This document shows, in pieces, positions 43,699 to 52,811 of a stretch of DNA of 64,000 bases (the stretch's first letter is position 1; every line of letters begins with the position of its first letter). Both the position numbers and the translations under genes were made by a program. The stretch is from contig JAJTYJ010000003.1 of NCBI GenBank assembly GCA_021463485.1, positions 88,380 through 152,379 of the forward strand, read 5' to 3'. The stretch is from a bacterium (GTDB lineage: Bacteria; Patescibacteriota; UBA1384; 2-12-FULL-50-11). The notes under the pieces were generated by a model. That model did not search any database, was not told the DNA's origin, and saw only the letters and a program-made list of their open reading frames with translations.

Positions 43699-44422
43699 AT
43701 TTAAACGAGACTTGCTGACGCAAGCCGGCAAATTAGCTGCCGCCATCCATCGCGAAGTCGCAAAAAAAATTCAGCCTGGCTTGAATCTTCTGGAGATAGA
43801 GCAGTATGTTGATGAACGAATTAGAAAAAGCGGAATGCTGCCAGCTTTTTACGGGTATAAAGGCTACAAATTCGCGACGTGTTTATCGGTAAACGAAGAG
43901 ATTGTCCACGGGCTACCGCACGACTACACCTTAGCAGCGGGTGACATTATTTCCGTTGATCTAGGGGTTAGCTGTAACGGCTGGATGGTTGATACAGCTC
44001 GAACGCACGCGGTTGGTAAAATTACGCCAAAACTACAACAGCTGTTAGCTAGTACAAACCAAGCACTCTCGGTAGCAATTAATGAAGCAAAAGTCGGTAA
44101 TACTGTCGGTGATATCGGCGCAGTTGTTGAGAAAACTGTTAAAGATGCCGGATTTTTCGTGGTTAAGGAATTGACTGGTCACGGTGTCGGGAAAACGCTC
44201 CAGGAACCGCCGACGGTGCCAAATTTCGGTCGCAAGGGGAGCGGAACGCAATTAAAAGTAGGTATGGTGATCGCAATTGAACCCATTACCTCTGTTGATC
44301 AAACTGATATCGCTGTCTTGTCAGACGGTTGGACAATCATCGCTCGCAACGGTTCGCCGTGCGCTCATTTTGAAGATACGGTTCTAATTACCGAAGACGG
44401 ACCCGTTGTCTTGACTGCATAA
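43691..44422 (+). CDS. map: Methionine aminopeptidase type I
   Basis: MetAP metal-binding motifs (HG…D…D…H…E…E). Confidence 0.93.
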   Translation: MDKFKRDLLTQAGKLAAAIHREVAKKIQPGLNLLEIEQYVDERIRKSGMLPAFYGYKGYKFATCLSVNEEIVHGLPHDYTLAAGDIISVDLGVSCNGWMVDTARTHAVGKITPKLQQLLASTNQALSVAINEAKVGNTVGDIGAVVEKTVKDAGFFVVKELTGHGVGKTLQEPPTVPNFGRKGSGTQLKVGMVIAIEPITSVDQTDIAVLSDGWTIIARNGSPCAHFEDTVLITEDGPVVLTA

Positions 44423-44449
44423 GGGTAAATTAGGTATAATTTTTCCCAG

Positions 44450-44671
44450 ATGTCGGAAAAAGAAGGAGTAATTGCGCTTGATGGTCTCGTTGACGAGGCG
44501 CTGCCAAATACTCAGTTTCGCATCATACTCGATAACGGGCAGACCGTTACTGGTTACGTCTCGGGGAAAATTCGAAAACACAGGATTAAAATTTTACCCG
44601 GCGACAGAGTAACCGTAGAGTTAAGCCCGTACGATTTAGAAAAAGGAAGGATCACCAAGCGACTTACCTAA
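44450..44671 (+). CDS. infA: Translation initiation factor IF-1
   Basis: S1-like OB fold; conserved IF-1 sequence. Confidence 0.95.
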   Translation: MSEKEGVIALDGLVDEALPNTQFRIILDNGQTVTGYVSGKIRKHRIKILPGDRVTVELSPYDLEKGRITKRLT

Positions 44672-44693
44672 CTGGTAAATCGCAGACAATATC

Positions 44694-44807
44694 ATGAAAG
44701 TGCACGCAGGTGCGAAAAAGAGATGTCTCAAGTGTCGAATTGTCCGCCGCAAGGGGGTCGTTCGGGTGATCTGCGAAAATCCACGACATAAACAACGACA
44801 AGGATAA
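44694..44807 (+). CDS. rpmJ: 50S ribosomal protein L36 (37 aa), missed by the ORF track
   Basis: Hand translation [37 protein letters not shown] with the C-x2-C…C-x4-H zinc ribbon. Confidence 0.93.
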   Translation: MKVHAGAKKRCLKCRIVRRKGVVRVICENPRHKQRQG

Positions 44808-44808
44808 T

Positions 44809-45195
44809 ATGCCAAGAATTGCCGGAGTAAATATACCAGACCATAAACGAGTCGAGATTGGCTTAACGTATGTTTTTGGAGTTGGTCCGAGTAATGTGAT
44901 GAATATTCTTGCGAAAGTTAAGGTAACTGGTAACCCGAAGTTTTCTGAACTTTCTCAAGAAACCGTCGATGCGATTCGTAATATTGTCGAGAAAGAAATG
45001 ACAGTCGAGGGCGACTTACGTCAGGTTGTTAATCAGAACATCCGCCGCCTAAAAGAAATCGCTTCGTATCGTGGCACCCGCCACGCTCGTAACTTACCAG
45101 TACGTGGTCAGCGAACTAAAACTAACAGCCGTACCAAACGCGGTAAACGCGTTACTGTCGGATCTGGTCGTAAGAAATCAGCAGCAAAGACATAA
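44809..45195 (+). CDS. rpsM: 30S ribosomal protein S13
   Basis: S13 family. Confidence 0.96.
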   Translation: MPRIAGVNIPDHKRVEIGLTYVFGVGPSNVMNILAKVKVTGNPKFSELSQETVDAIRNIVEKEMTVEGDLRQVVNQNIRRLKEIASYRGTRHARNLPVRGQRTKTNSRTKRGKRVTVGSGRKKSAAKT

Positions 45196-45199
45196 ACTA

Positions 45200-45595
45200 A
45201 TGGCAAAATCAACCAACAAAGCAGTTAAGAGCAAGCAAATTCAGCCAGTATCAGATATTCGTATCTCGATTTACTCTTCATTTAATAACACAATCATTAC
45301 CGCTAGCGCTTACCACACCGGAGAAGTACTATCTTGGACATCCTCAGGCAAGGTTGGATTTAAGGGTACGAAAAAAGGGACGCCGTACGCTGCTACTACA
45401 GCCATGAAACAACTTCTTGAGCAATTAGCCCCTTACAAGCCCGAAAACGCGTATATGTTTGTTTCCGGCGCAGGTAACGGCCGCGACGCAGCGCTACGAG
45501 CTCTCTCAGGCTCAGGCTTAAAAGTTAGTAAGATACAAGATGTAACACCGTTACCACATAACGGTTGCCGACCTAAAAAAGCGAGGAGAGTATGA
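45200..45595 (+). CDS. rpsK: 30S ribosomal protein S11
   Basis: S11 family from MAKSTNK…; the track's ORF start at 45071 is an out-of-context N-terminal extension. Confidence 0.95.
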   Translation: MAKSTNKAVKSKQIQPVSDIRISIYSSFNNTIITASAYHTGEVLSWTSSGKVGFKGTKKGTPYAATTAMKQLLEQLAPYKPENAYMFVSGAGNGRDAALRALSGSGLKVSKIQDVTPLPHNGCRPKKARRV

Positions 45596-46095
45596 GTACA
45601 GCCGCAAAACCAACCCAACAAAAAGCCCGACAGAAAAAAATCACAGAGTACGGTCAGCAGCTCATTGAAAAGCAGAAAACCCGACGCGCTTACGGTTTGC
45701 GTGAAGCGCAGTTTCGTCGCTACTTTACAGCTGCCACAAAATTCCGCGGGCAAACTGGTGTTGTTTTACTACAAAGTTTAGAGCGACGACTTGATAACGT
45801 GTTATTCCGAGCTGGTTTAACAAAATCTCGAGCTCAGGCTCGTCAAACAGTTAGCCACCGTCATGTATTACTTAATCGTCATCGCGTTAGCGTCCCATCA
45901 CAACAGGTAAACGTTGGCGATGTAATCGAATTTTACAAAAAAGGCGAGGTTACGTTTTACCCAGAAATCCCACAAGCCGACTGGCTTAAAGTTGACAAGA
46001 AAACTGGTCGAATCACAGTTGAGCGTCTACCAGAAGCTGCCGACTTACCGATTGAGTTTGATACCCAGAAAATTATTGAGTTCTACTCACGATAA
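45592..46095 (+). CDS. rpsD: 30S ribosomal protein S4
   Basis: S4 family (S4 RNA-binding domain). Confidence 0.94.
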   Translation: MSTAAKPTQQKARQKKITEYGQQLIEKQKTRRAYGLREAQFRRYFTAATKFRGQTGVVLLQSLERRLDNVLFRAGLTKSRAQARQTVSHRHVLLNRHRVSVPSQQVNVGDVIEFYKKGEVTFYPEIPQADWLKVDKKTGRITVERLPEAADLPIEFDTQKIIEFYSR

Positions 46096-46164
46096 TAGGG
46101 TGTAGGGATTTGAACCATAAGATAAAAAACGATATAATAACTAGGCAAAATATTTGGAGGACGT

Positions 46165-46956
46165 ATGTCATATAAACTACCAGAAGTATCATTAATGCAG
46201 GTTAAACAAGAGCGCTCTGAAGGTAATTCAGCGACTTTTGTGATTGAACCGCTTTCCCCAGGCTTTGGCCTAACAATGGGTAACGCGCTTCGTCGTGTTT
46301 TGCTTTCGTCTCTCGAAGGCGCAGCGATCACTTCGATTCGGATAGACGGCGTAAGCCACGAATTCTCAACGATAAAAGGAGTTCGACAAGACGTTGTCGA
46401 CATTATCCTTAACCTTAAGCAAATCCGTTTACAACTTGACGGTGACGAACCTCAAGTTATTATTCTCGATGCCAAAGGATCCAAAAAAGTAAAAGCCGGC
46501 GATTTCAAATGCCCAACTGGCGTCAAAATTGTTAACAAAGATCTTGAAATTGCAGAGCTCACAGAAGGTGGCAAGATTTTACTTGAAGCAACTGTTGAAC
46601 GAGGTCGCGGATATCTCCCAACCGAACTTCGCAAAGAAGAAAAACTACCGATCGGCGTCATCGCCATCGATGCCGCGTTTTCTCCAGTTACACGAGTTAA
46701 TTTTCAAACAGAAAATACACGTGTTGGTAAGATGACGAACTTCGACAAACTCGTACTTGAGATTGATACTGACGGTACGATTACACCGCACCAAGCGCTC
46801 GAAAGCTCCTCAGCGATTTTAGTTGAGCATTTCTCAGTGGTTTCTGGTATTCCAGCTGCCGCTGTCGAACAAGCAGAGATCCCTGCAGAAGAAGTTAGCG
46901 CTGAGGAAGAAGAAAAACCAAAGGCGAAGCGCGCAACCAAAAAAGCCGCTAAGTAA
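46165..46956 (+). CDS. rpoA: DNA-directed RNA polymerase alpha subunit, N-terminal domain only (263 aa; no alpha-CTD)
   Basis: Alpha-NTD motifs (GFGLTMGNALRRVLLSSLEGAAITSIRIDGVSHEFS); ends in a short acidic/Lys-rich tail where the ~90-aa CTD would be. Confidence 0.9.
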   Translation: MSYKLPEVSLMQVKQERSEGNSATFVIEPLSPGFGLTMGNALRRVLLSSLEGAAITSIRIDGVSHEFSTIKGVRQDVVDIILNLKQIRLQLDGDEPQVIILDAKGSKKVKAGDFKCPTGVKIVNKDLEIAELTEGGKILLEATVERGRGYLPTELRKEEKLPIGVIAIDAAFSPVTRVNFQTENTRVGKMTNFDKLVLEIDTDGTITPHQALESSSAILVEHFSVVSGIPAAAVEQAEIPAEEVSAEEEEKPKAKRATKKAAK

Positions 46957-46958
46957 CT

Positions 46959-47372
46959 ATGAAACGAACGATCCGAGCACAAGCTGATTTCAAAAACACA
47001 CTGATGCGAAATCAGCTAACTTCGCTCGTATTGTTCGAATCTATTACCACCACAAAGGCCAAAGCCAAGGCAGTTCTACCGTTTATCAACTCTTTCTTCA
47101 ATAAGGTTCGCGTAGCTGATCTAACGGCTAAACGCCTGGCACATCAAACGTTGTTTGACAAAAATGCTGTTAAAAAAACTTTCGAGGAGATCTTACCTCG
47201 ATACAAGAAAGAAGAGACCACATTTGTTCGACCGTTCCGAATGATGCCACGTAAAGGTGACGCAGCTGAGATGGTTATGATCTCCTTAATCCGACCACTG
47301 GAAGTAAGGGCCGAGAAAGTAACAGCCACAAAAGCTAAAACAACGAAGGTAGCAACAAAGGAAGCTAAGTAA
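46959..47372 (+). CDS. rplQ: 50S ribosomal protein L17
   Basis: L17 family. Confidence 0.9.
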   Translation: MKRTIRAQADFKNTLMRNQLTSLVLFESITTTKAKAKAVLPFINSFFNKVRVADLTAKRLAHQTLFDKNAVKKTFEEILPRYKKEETTFVRPFRMMPRKGDAAEMVMISLIRPLEVRAEKVTATKAKTTKVATKEAK

Positions 47373-47743
47373 TGCAAAAAGTTGAACGAACGACACATCA
47401 GATCGACGCTTCAGGAAAAATTCTCGGACGCTTAGCGACAGAAATTGCTACATTGCTGCGCGGAAAAAACAAAGTTGGCTTCACATTTCACCAAGATCAC
47501 GGTGATCGTGTGGTTGTAGTTAACGCAGAAAAAATTCGCGTAACTGGTCGGAAAGAACAGCAAAAGATGTATTACCGTCACTCGACCTATCCAGGTGGAC
47601 TGCGAGAGATGAACTACGCCGAACTCAAGAAAACACACCCAGAGCGCATCATCGAATTGGCTGTAAGAACCATGCTGCCAGATAATCGACTACGCGATCA
47701 GTGGATGAAGCGTTTAACAGTAATTGTGGGAGAAAAGAAATAA
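47372..47743 (+). CDS. rplM: 50S ribosomal protein L13
   Basis: L13 family. Confidence 0.94.
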   Translation: MQKVERTTHQIDASGKILGRLATEIATLLRGKNKVGFTFHQDHGDRVVVVNAEKIRVTGRKEQQKMYYRHSTYPGGLREMNYAELKKTHPERIIELAVRTMLPDNRLRDQWMKRLTVIVGEKK

Positions 47744-48120
47744 TGGCAACAAAAACTAACTTTTTCGCCGGTGTTGGTCGCCGCAAGACCGCGGTTGCTC
47801 AAACTCGCTTAACTTCTGGTAACGGCACGTTTACTGTTAACGGTGTTGAGAAACCAGTTTTTCCGCAATTAGAGCGGTTACTCGAAACAGTTGATCGTAA
47901 GGGAAAAGTAAATATTTCGATCGTTGTCCGGGGTGGTGGTACCAGCGGCCAAACAGACGCGATCCTTCTAGGTGTCGCTCGAGCCTTGGTAGACCTTAAC
48001 GAAGACTTCCGATCTGGTCTACGAAAAGCTGGTTATCTAACCAGAGACGGTCGAATTAAAGAACGAAAGAAACCAGGCTTGAAAAAAGCACGTCGAGCTC
48101 CTCAGTGGGCAAAACGGTAA
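47743..48120 (+). CDS. rpsI: 30S ribosomal protein S9
   Basis: S9 family from MATKTNFF…; TAATG overlap with rplM. Confidence 0.94.
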   Translation: MATKTNFFAGVGRRKTAVAQTRLTSGNGTFTVNGVEKPVFPQLERLLETVDRKGKVNISIVVRGGGTSGQTDAILLGVARALVDLNEDFRSGLRKAGYLTRDGRIKERKKPGLKKARRAPQWAKR

Positions 48121-48124
48121 GAAA

Positions 48125-48148
48125 CTGCCCTTCGGGGCGGTTTTTTTT
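48125..48148 (+). terminator. Rho-independent terminator ending the ribosomal superoperon
   Basis: GCCC-UUCG-GGGC tetraloop hairpin followed by T8. Confidence 0.8.
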
Positions 48149-48175
48149 GTCTAAAAACTCAGATAGGATACAGGT

Positions 48176-48877
48176 ATGAGCGCACTAGTAATTGATATCG
48201 AAACAGCCGGTGAGCCTTGGGAGAACATCGACGAACAAACTAAGAAAATTTTAATTAAACGAGCTGAGTACCAGCTACCAAAATCTGAGACATCTGCAGA
48301 AGAGTACGCTGAAGAAATGCTCGGCATCTCGCCGTTGACCGGTGAAATCGTTGCCTTAGGCCTGATCGATACGTCAACCAGTAAAGGCGCAGTTTATTAC
48401 CAGACACCCGGCAAAAAAGTGCCTGACGGTGAATATAGAGGATTAAAGCTTCACAGTTGTACCGAGAAAGAGATGTTGGAGCGATTTTGGGAATTGAGCG
48501 ATCGCTACACTCATTTTGTTACATATAGCGGTCGTTCTTTTGATATCCCGTATTTAATGATCCGCTCTGCGATTCACGGAATTAAACCGAAAAAAGATTT
48601 GATGCGTGGCCGTTATATCTATCAACAGTCACCGAGCGCGATTCACGTCGATTTATACGATCAGCTCACTTTCTACGGAGCAATGCGACTCGGCGGGTTA
48701 CACACGGTTTGCCGAGCCTTCGGTATTGAAAGTCCAAAATCCGACGAGATTGACGGCTCAAAAGTCAGCGAGTACTTCCGCAGCGGAAAGTATAAGGAAA
48801 TTGCTGAGTATAACGCCAGTGATCTGTTTGCAACTAAGGATTTGTATAACAAGTGGAAAGAGTTATTGGTGTTTTAA
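48176..48877 (+). CDS. Predicted RNase H-like 3'-5' exonuclease (PolB-exo/DEDDy type)
   Basis: VIDIETAG (Exo I), HGIKP (Exo II-like), YNASDLFATKDLY (Exo III YxxxD). Confidence 0.55.
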   Translation: MSALVIDIETAGEPWENIDEQTKKILIKRAEYQLPKSETSAEEYAEEMLGISPLTGEIVALGLIDTSTSKGAVYYQTPGKKVPDGEYRGLKLHSCTEKEMLERFWELSDRYTHFVTYSGRSFDIPYLMIRSAIHGIKPKKDLMRGRYIYQQSPSAIHVDLYDQLTFYGAMRLGGLHTVCRAFGIESPKSDEIDGSKVSEYFRSGKYKEIAEYNASDLFATKDLYNKWKELLVF

Positions 48878-49188
48878 TGAAACGTGATATCGAACAGAAA
48901 AATCAGTCGTATAAAAAAGCCCTCGGCAAAGTACTATTAAAAGTTTTTCCTGGGGAGTCGTTAATTGTCACAGATGTTTTACTGGATCCGTCGATGAAAC
49001 ACGGCAAAGTGTGGATTAAGGGTTCAACAGAGGGGATCGAACAAATTAATAAGAAAAAAGGTGATATCTCACAGGAGTTAAAGCGCTACGTTAATACCCG
49101 CTATATGCCAAGTCTTGAGTTTGTTCTCGACGACCGTTATCTCGATCATATCGACGAATTATTTTCGGAGGTAATAGATGAAAAGTAA
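48877..49188 (+). CDS. rbfA: Ribosome-binding factor A
   Basis: KH-like RbfA pattern (…LIVTDVLLDPSMKHGKVWI…LKRYVNTRYMPSLEFVLD); TAATG coupled to the upstream gene. Confidence 0.65.
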   Translation: MKRDIEQKNQSYKKALGKVLLKVFPGESLIVTDVLLDPSMKHGKVWIKGSTEGIEQINKKKGDISQELKRYVNTRYMPSLEFVLDDRYLDHIDELFSEVIDEK

Positions 49189-49552
49189 AATACTACTTTT
49201 TAGTCTGTTTTCGGTGACGCTGTTCGCTTTAGCGACAACAATTACTTTAGTATTCAACACCGCACCCGATTCACCGAAACTAATCGTCGGATTCTTTGCT
49301 TCGGTATTAGTAACAGTTTTTGGGCTTATTTACTTACTTATTTACGGTTTGCAGTACTGGCGGTATCGTTCTGTCGCGCCGTGGCAAGCGACGCTACTAA
49401 ATCTCAGATTATCGTTTATTGGTGCGATGACGTTCGTTGCCTTGTTACTAATGAGTGCCTATGAGATAGTAACGCCGGCAACAGCAATAATCGTGTTAAT
49501 TATTGCCGTGCTAACAGAACTAGTTTGGCGAAGGAGAACTGCAAAGATATGA
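49178..49552 (+). CDS. Hypothetical 4-TM membrane protein (124 aa)
   Basis: Hydrophobic throughout; ATGA coupled to pheS. Confidence 0.5.
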   Translation: MKSKILLFSLFSVTLFALATTITLVFNTAPDSPKLIVGFFASVLVTVFGLIYLLIYGLQYWRYRSVAPWQATLLNLRLSFIGAMTFVALLLMSAYEIVTPATAIIVLIIAVLTELVWRRRTAKI

Positions 49553-50232
49553 CTGGGCATCTACATCCGCTAACCGTTGTAACCGAAAAGATTGTTGAGT
49601 ACTTTAGGCCGTACGGATTTGAGGTGATAACTGGTCCTGAGATAGTAACAACCGAAGAAAACTTCGATGGTTTGAATATCCCTGCCGACCATCCTGCTCG
49701 AGCAGAGTTCGACACGTTCTATTTAAACGACGGTCGTAGCCTACGAGCGCATATGACATCTTTATATTTACGTACGATGAAGGACCGCCAGCCGCCAGTC
49801 CGCCTTCTATTTCCTGGGCGCTGCTTTCGTAACGAAGCTACCGATGCTACCCATAATCATACGTTTCACCAAATTGACGGGTTAGTAATTGATACAGAAA
49901 CAAATTTAGGCAACCTCATAGCTTCGTTAGAGGGACTACTGAAAAATTTAGTAGGGGAGTCGATCGAATTTCGGGTTCGAAATAGCTACTTCCCGTTTAC
50001 CGAGCCAAGTATCGAATTAGATATTAAACGAGCCGGTGGCGATTGGTTAGAGATGTTGGGTGCCGGCATGGTTAACCCGAACGTTATACGATATTACGGA
50101 CTCGACCCGGCCGTCTATCAAGGTTACGCTTTCGGGATTGGTCTGGAACGAATATTGAATGTTGCCGGTGGTGTTGACGATGTAAGAAATAACCTTAGCG
50201 GCGATTATCGTTATATCGGGCAAGTGAAATGA
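49549..50232 (+). CDS. pheS: Phenylalanine-tRNA ligase alpha subunit, catalytic core only (227 aa)
   Basis: Class II motifs (FRNEATDATHNHTFHQIDG; GAGMVNP; GFGIGLERI); lacks the usual ~100-aa N-terminal region. Confidence 0.85.
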   Translation: MTGHLHPLTVVTEKIVEYFRPYGFEVITGPEIVTTEENFDGLNIPADHPARAEFDTFYLNDGRSLRAHMTSLYLRTMKDRQPPVRLLFPGRCFRNEATDATHNHTFHQIDGLVIDTETNLGNLIASLEGLLKNLVGESIEFRVRNSYFPFTEPSIELDIKRAGGDWLEMLGAGMVNPNVIRYYGLDPAVYQGYAFGIGLERILNVAGGVDDVRNNLSGDYRYIGQVK

Positions 50233-51416
50233 AATACAACTACTCTGAATTCCAACATGCAATTAAGAATTTACAGTGGAGTAAACAAGAGCTAGCAGAC
50301 CGCCTAAGTGTTATTGGACACGAAACGGAAGTAACGGGTGAAGAACTGGATGTTACCGTAACCAGCAACAGAAAAGATTGTCAGAATTTTCAGTATTTAG
50401 TTTTTGATTTATGCGGCGTTACGGAAGAGCTAGAGCAATCTAATCCGCCGAGCGGCTACTCACACTCCAACGTAATCCCCGTTTCGATCGAACAGGTAAA
50501 TAGATTACTAGGATCCAACCTAGAACCGTCGGTACTTAAGAAACTCAAAAAACTCGGCTTTATTGTCGAAACAAACGGCGTTCGACCGCCAGATTTTAGA
50601 ACTGGTATCGAAACGGTTGCTGATATTGCTGAAGAGGTTCTACGAGTTGTCGGTTTTGAGGCTATCTCGATCAAAGAACTGTCAAAGACCAACATCAAAG
50701 TATCGCCAGACTACGAAAAGCAGTTAGCGATTAAGCAAAAATTAGCTGATATCGGTCTATTTGAGACACGAACATATTCGTTTGAATCGAGCGGGGATGT
50801 AGAGTTGAAAAATCCGTTTAGCGCCACTACGCCGTTTTTGCGCACATCGTTGATACAGGGCTTGCTCGTCACTGCCAGCAAAAATCCGTTTATGAAACGA
50901 GTTAGTTGTTTTGAGATCGGTAACGTCTTTAACCCAGACGAGCAGACTGTTTTAGGGATTCTCTTAACTGGGCAAAAAAATTACGATCACGTAATACAGC
51001 AAATAAACAAAGTGCTCGGAGTTACTATTACTTTTCAGCCGGTTGAAGACACTCTGCTGACGGCTTCAGGCGTCAAACAACCCAACCCAGTATCGGCTCA
51101 GCTGCCGATCGACAAAATTACAGAAGTAAAACTAACGAACAGACCGGTGGATCTGCCGCAATTTCAGCCTGTAAGCAAGTTTCCGCCGCTCGTTCGTGAC
51201 GTTACGCTTATCGACACAGAATTCGACGCATCAACGGCAGCGAAAATTTTTCCTGAGCTACTTTTTGTTGAGGAAATTGACAACTACGTAAGCCCCGAAA
51301 CAAACAAACAATCTGTTACGTACCGATTTCTCTTTCAGAAGTTTGAAAGCAGTTTTGTAGATGAGGAGATTCGATCGATCGATCAAAGGCTACTTAAGCA
51401 TTTCAACAACGAGTAA
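50229..51416 (+). CDS. pheT: Phenylalanine-tRNA ligase beta subunit, minimal form (395 aa: B5 + core + FDX-ACB)
   Basis: ATGA coupled to pheS; B5-like LKKLGF segment; core LKNPFSATTPFLRTSLIQGLL…FEIGNVF; C-terminal SVTYRFLFQ…DEEIRSIDQRLLKH. Confidence 0.75.
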   Translation: MKYNYSEFQHAIKNLQWSKQELADRLSVIGHETEVTGEELDVTVTSNRKDCQNFQYLVFDLCGVTEELEQSNPPSGYSHSNVIPVSIEQVNRLLGSNLEPSVLKKLKKLGFIVETNGVRPPDFRTGIETVADIAEEVLRVVGFEAISIKELSKTNIKVSPDYEKQLAIKQKLADIGLFETRTYSFESSGDVELKNPFSATTPFLRTSLIQGLLVTASKNPFMKRVSCFEIGNVFNPDEQTVLGILLTGQKNYDHVIQQINKVLGVTITFQPVEDTLLTASGVKQPNPVSAQLPIDKITEVKLTNRPVDLPQFQPVSKFPPLVRDVTLIDTEFDASTAAKIFPELLFVEEIDNYVSPETNKQSVTYRFLFQKFESSFVDEEIRSIDQRLLKHFNNE

Positions 51417-51435
51417 TAACAGGTAAAATTTAGAC

Positions 51436-52809
51436 ATGGAACGAGCTCTAAGTAATCAAGTCAAAGACAAGGTCGGTCAAGTTGTAACGATTCGTGGCTG
51501 GGCAGAAACTGTGCGCAAACACGCAAAAGTTGTATTTATCGACGTTCGCGATCGAACTGGGTTAGTTCAGGTAGTTTGCACGGAAAAACTACTTGAGGTT
51601 GCGAACTCCATCTCTCCTGAATCGGTGGTTACAATTACCGGCACGGTTACCGAGCGCCCGCAATCACTGGTTAATGTTAACATCGTCAGCGGTACGGTCG
51701 AGCTTCAAGCAGACTCTATCACGGTTGAATCAGTCGCCAAAACGCTCCCGATGCCGTTAAACGATCGAGCTGTCAGCGAAGAAACACGATTAAAATACCG
51801 GTATTTAGACTTACGTTCGAAGAAAATGGCCGAAAATATCCGAATGCGTCATCAAATGAATCAGTTTTTGCGTGAGGAACTCACAAAACTTGATTTTGTT
51901 GAAGTGGAGACTCCGTATATCTCTAAGTCTACTCCAGAAGGGGCACGTGACTATCTTGTGCCAAGCCGGATTCAACCAGGCAATTTTTACGCGCTTCCGC
52001 AATCACCACAGCAATACAAACAGCTATTAATGGTCGCTGGGCTCGAGCGTTATTTCCAGATTGCCCGCTGTTTTCGCGACGAGGACGCACGTGGCGATCG
52101 CCAACCAGAATTCTCACAATTAGACCTCGAGCTAAGTTTTACTTCGCAAGAAGAGATTCTCCAAGTTACCGAGGACTTATTCTTAGGGCTTGTGAAAAAA
52201 TTCTTTCCGGAAAAAACCTTAACGTTCAACACGATACCGCGACTAACGTATAAAGAAGTAATGGAGAAGTACGGCACCGATAAGCCGGATTTGCGCCAAG
52301 ACAAAACAAATGACGACGAGCTAGCTTTCGCGTTTATTATTGATTTTCCGATGTTTGAGTGGAAGGAATCCGAAAAGCGTTTTGACGCAACGCACCACCC
52401 GTTCACAGCGCCAAAACCAGAATGGGAAGATAACTTTGAAAAACACCCAGAAGAAGCTTTAGCCCTCCAACACGACTTTGTTCTTAATGGGTCAGAGATT
52501 GCTGGCGGAAGCGTTCGAATTCACCGTGCTGACGTTTTGGAGCGTGTCTTCGAGTTCCTAGGACACAACAAAGAAAAGATTCGAGCTGATTTCGGGCATT
52601 TACTAGAAGCCTTCGAGTATGGAGTGCCGCCACACGGTGGTATCGCTCCCGGACTCGACCGAATTTACACAATCTTACTTAAAGAGAACTCTATCCGCGA
52701 CGTCATTGCATTTGCTAAAGCCGGCGATGGTCGCGATCTGATGATGAACGCACCGAGCCCAGTAGATGACGCACAACTAAAGGAACTTGGTCTAAAGAAA
52801 ATCGGTTAG
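51436..52809 (+). CDS. aspS: Aspartate-tRNA ligase, short form without GAD insertion (457 aa)
   Basis: QSPQQYKQLLMVAG; FRDEDARGDRQPEFSQLDLE (motif 2); GGSVRIH and GLDRI (motif 3); N-terminal OB fold. Confidence 0.85.
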   Translation: MERALSNQVKDKVGQVVTIRGWAETVRKHAKVVFIDVRDRTGLVQVVCTEKLLEVANSISPESVVTITGTVTERPQSLVNVNIVSGTVELQADSITVESVAKTLPMPLNDRAVSEETRLKYRYLDLRSKKMAENIRMRHQMNQFLREELTKLDFVEVETPYISKSTPEGARDYLVPSRIQPGNFYALPQSPQQYKQLLMVAGLERYFQIARCFRDEDARGDRQPEFSQLDLELSFTSQEEILQVTEDLFLGLVKKFFPEKTLTFNTIPRLTYKEVMEKYGTDKPDLRQDKTNDDELAFAFIIDFPMFEWKESEKRFDATHHPFTAPKPEWEDNFEKHPEEALALQHDFVLNGSEIAGGSVRIHRADVLERVFEFLGHNKEKIRADFGHLLEAFEYGVPPHGGIAPGLDRIYTILLKENSIRDVIAFAKAGDGRDLMMNAPSPVDDAQLKELGLKKIG

Positions 52810-52811
52810 CG

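Noticed and set aside
45071-45199. N-terminal extension of the S11 ORF (MAPATLVTYQ…) and the similar extension of S9 (47701-47742)
   Set aside because: The extensions overlap the 3' ends of the upstream genes in another frame and have no homology. Canonical S11 and S9 N-termini start at internal ATGs that are TAATG- or ATGA-coupled to the upstream genes.
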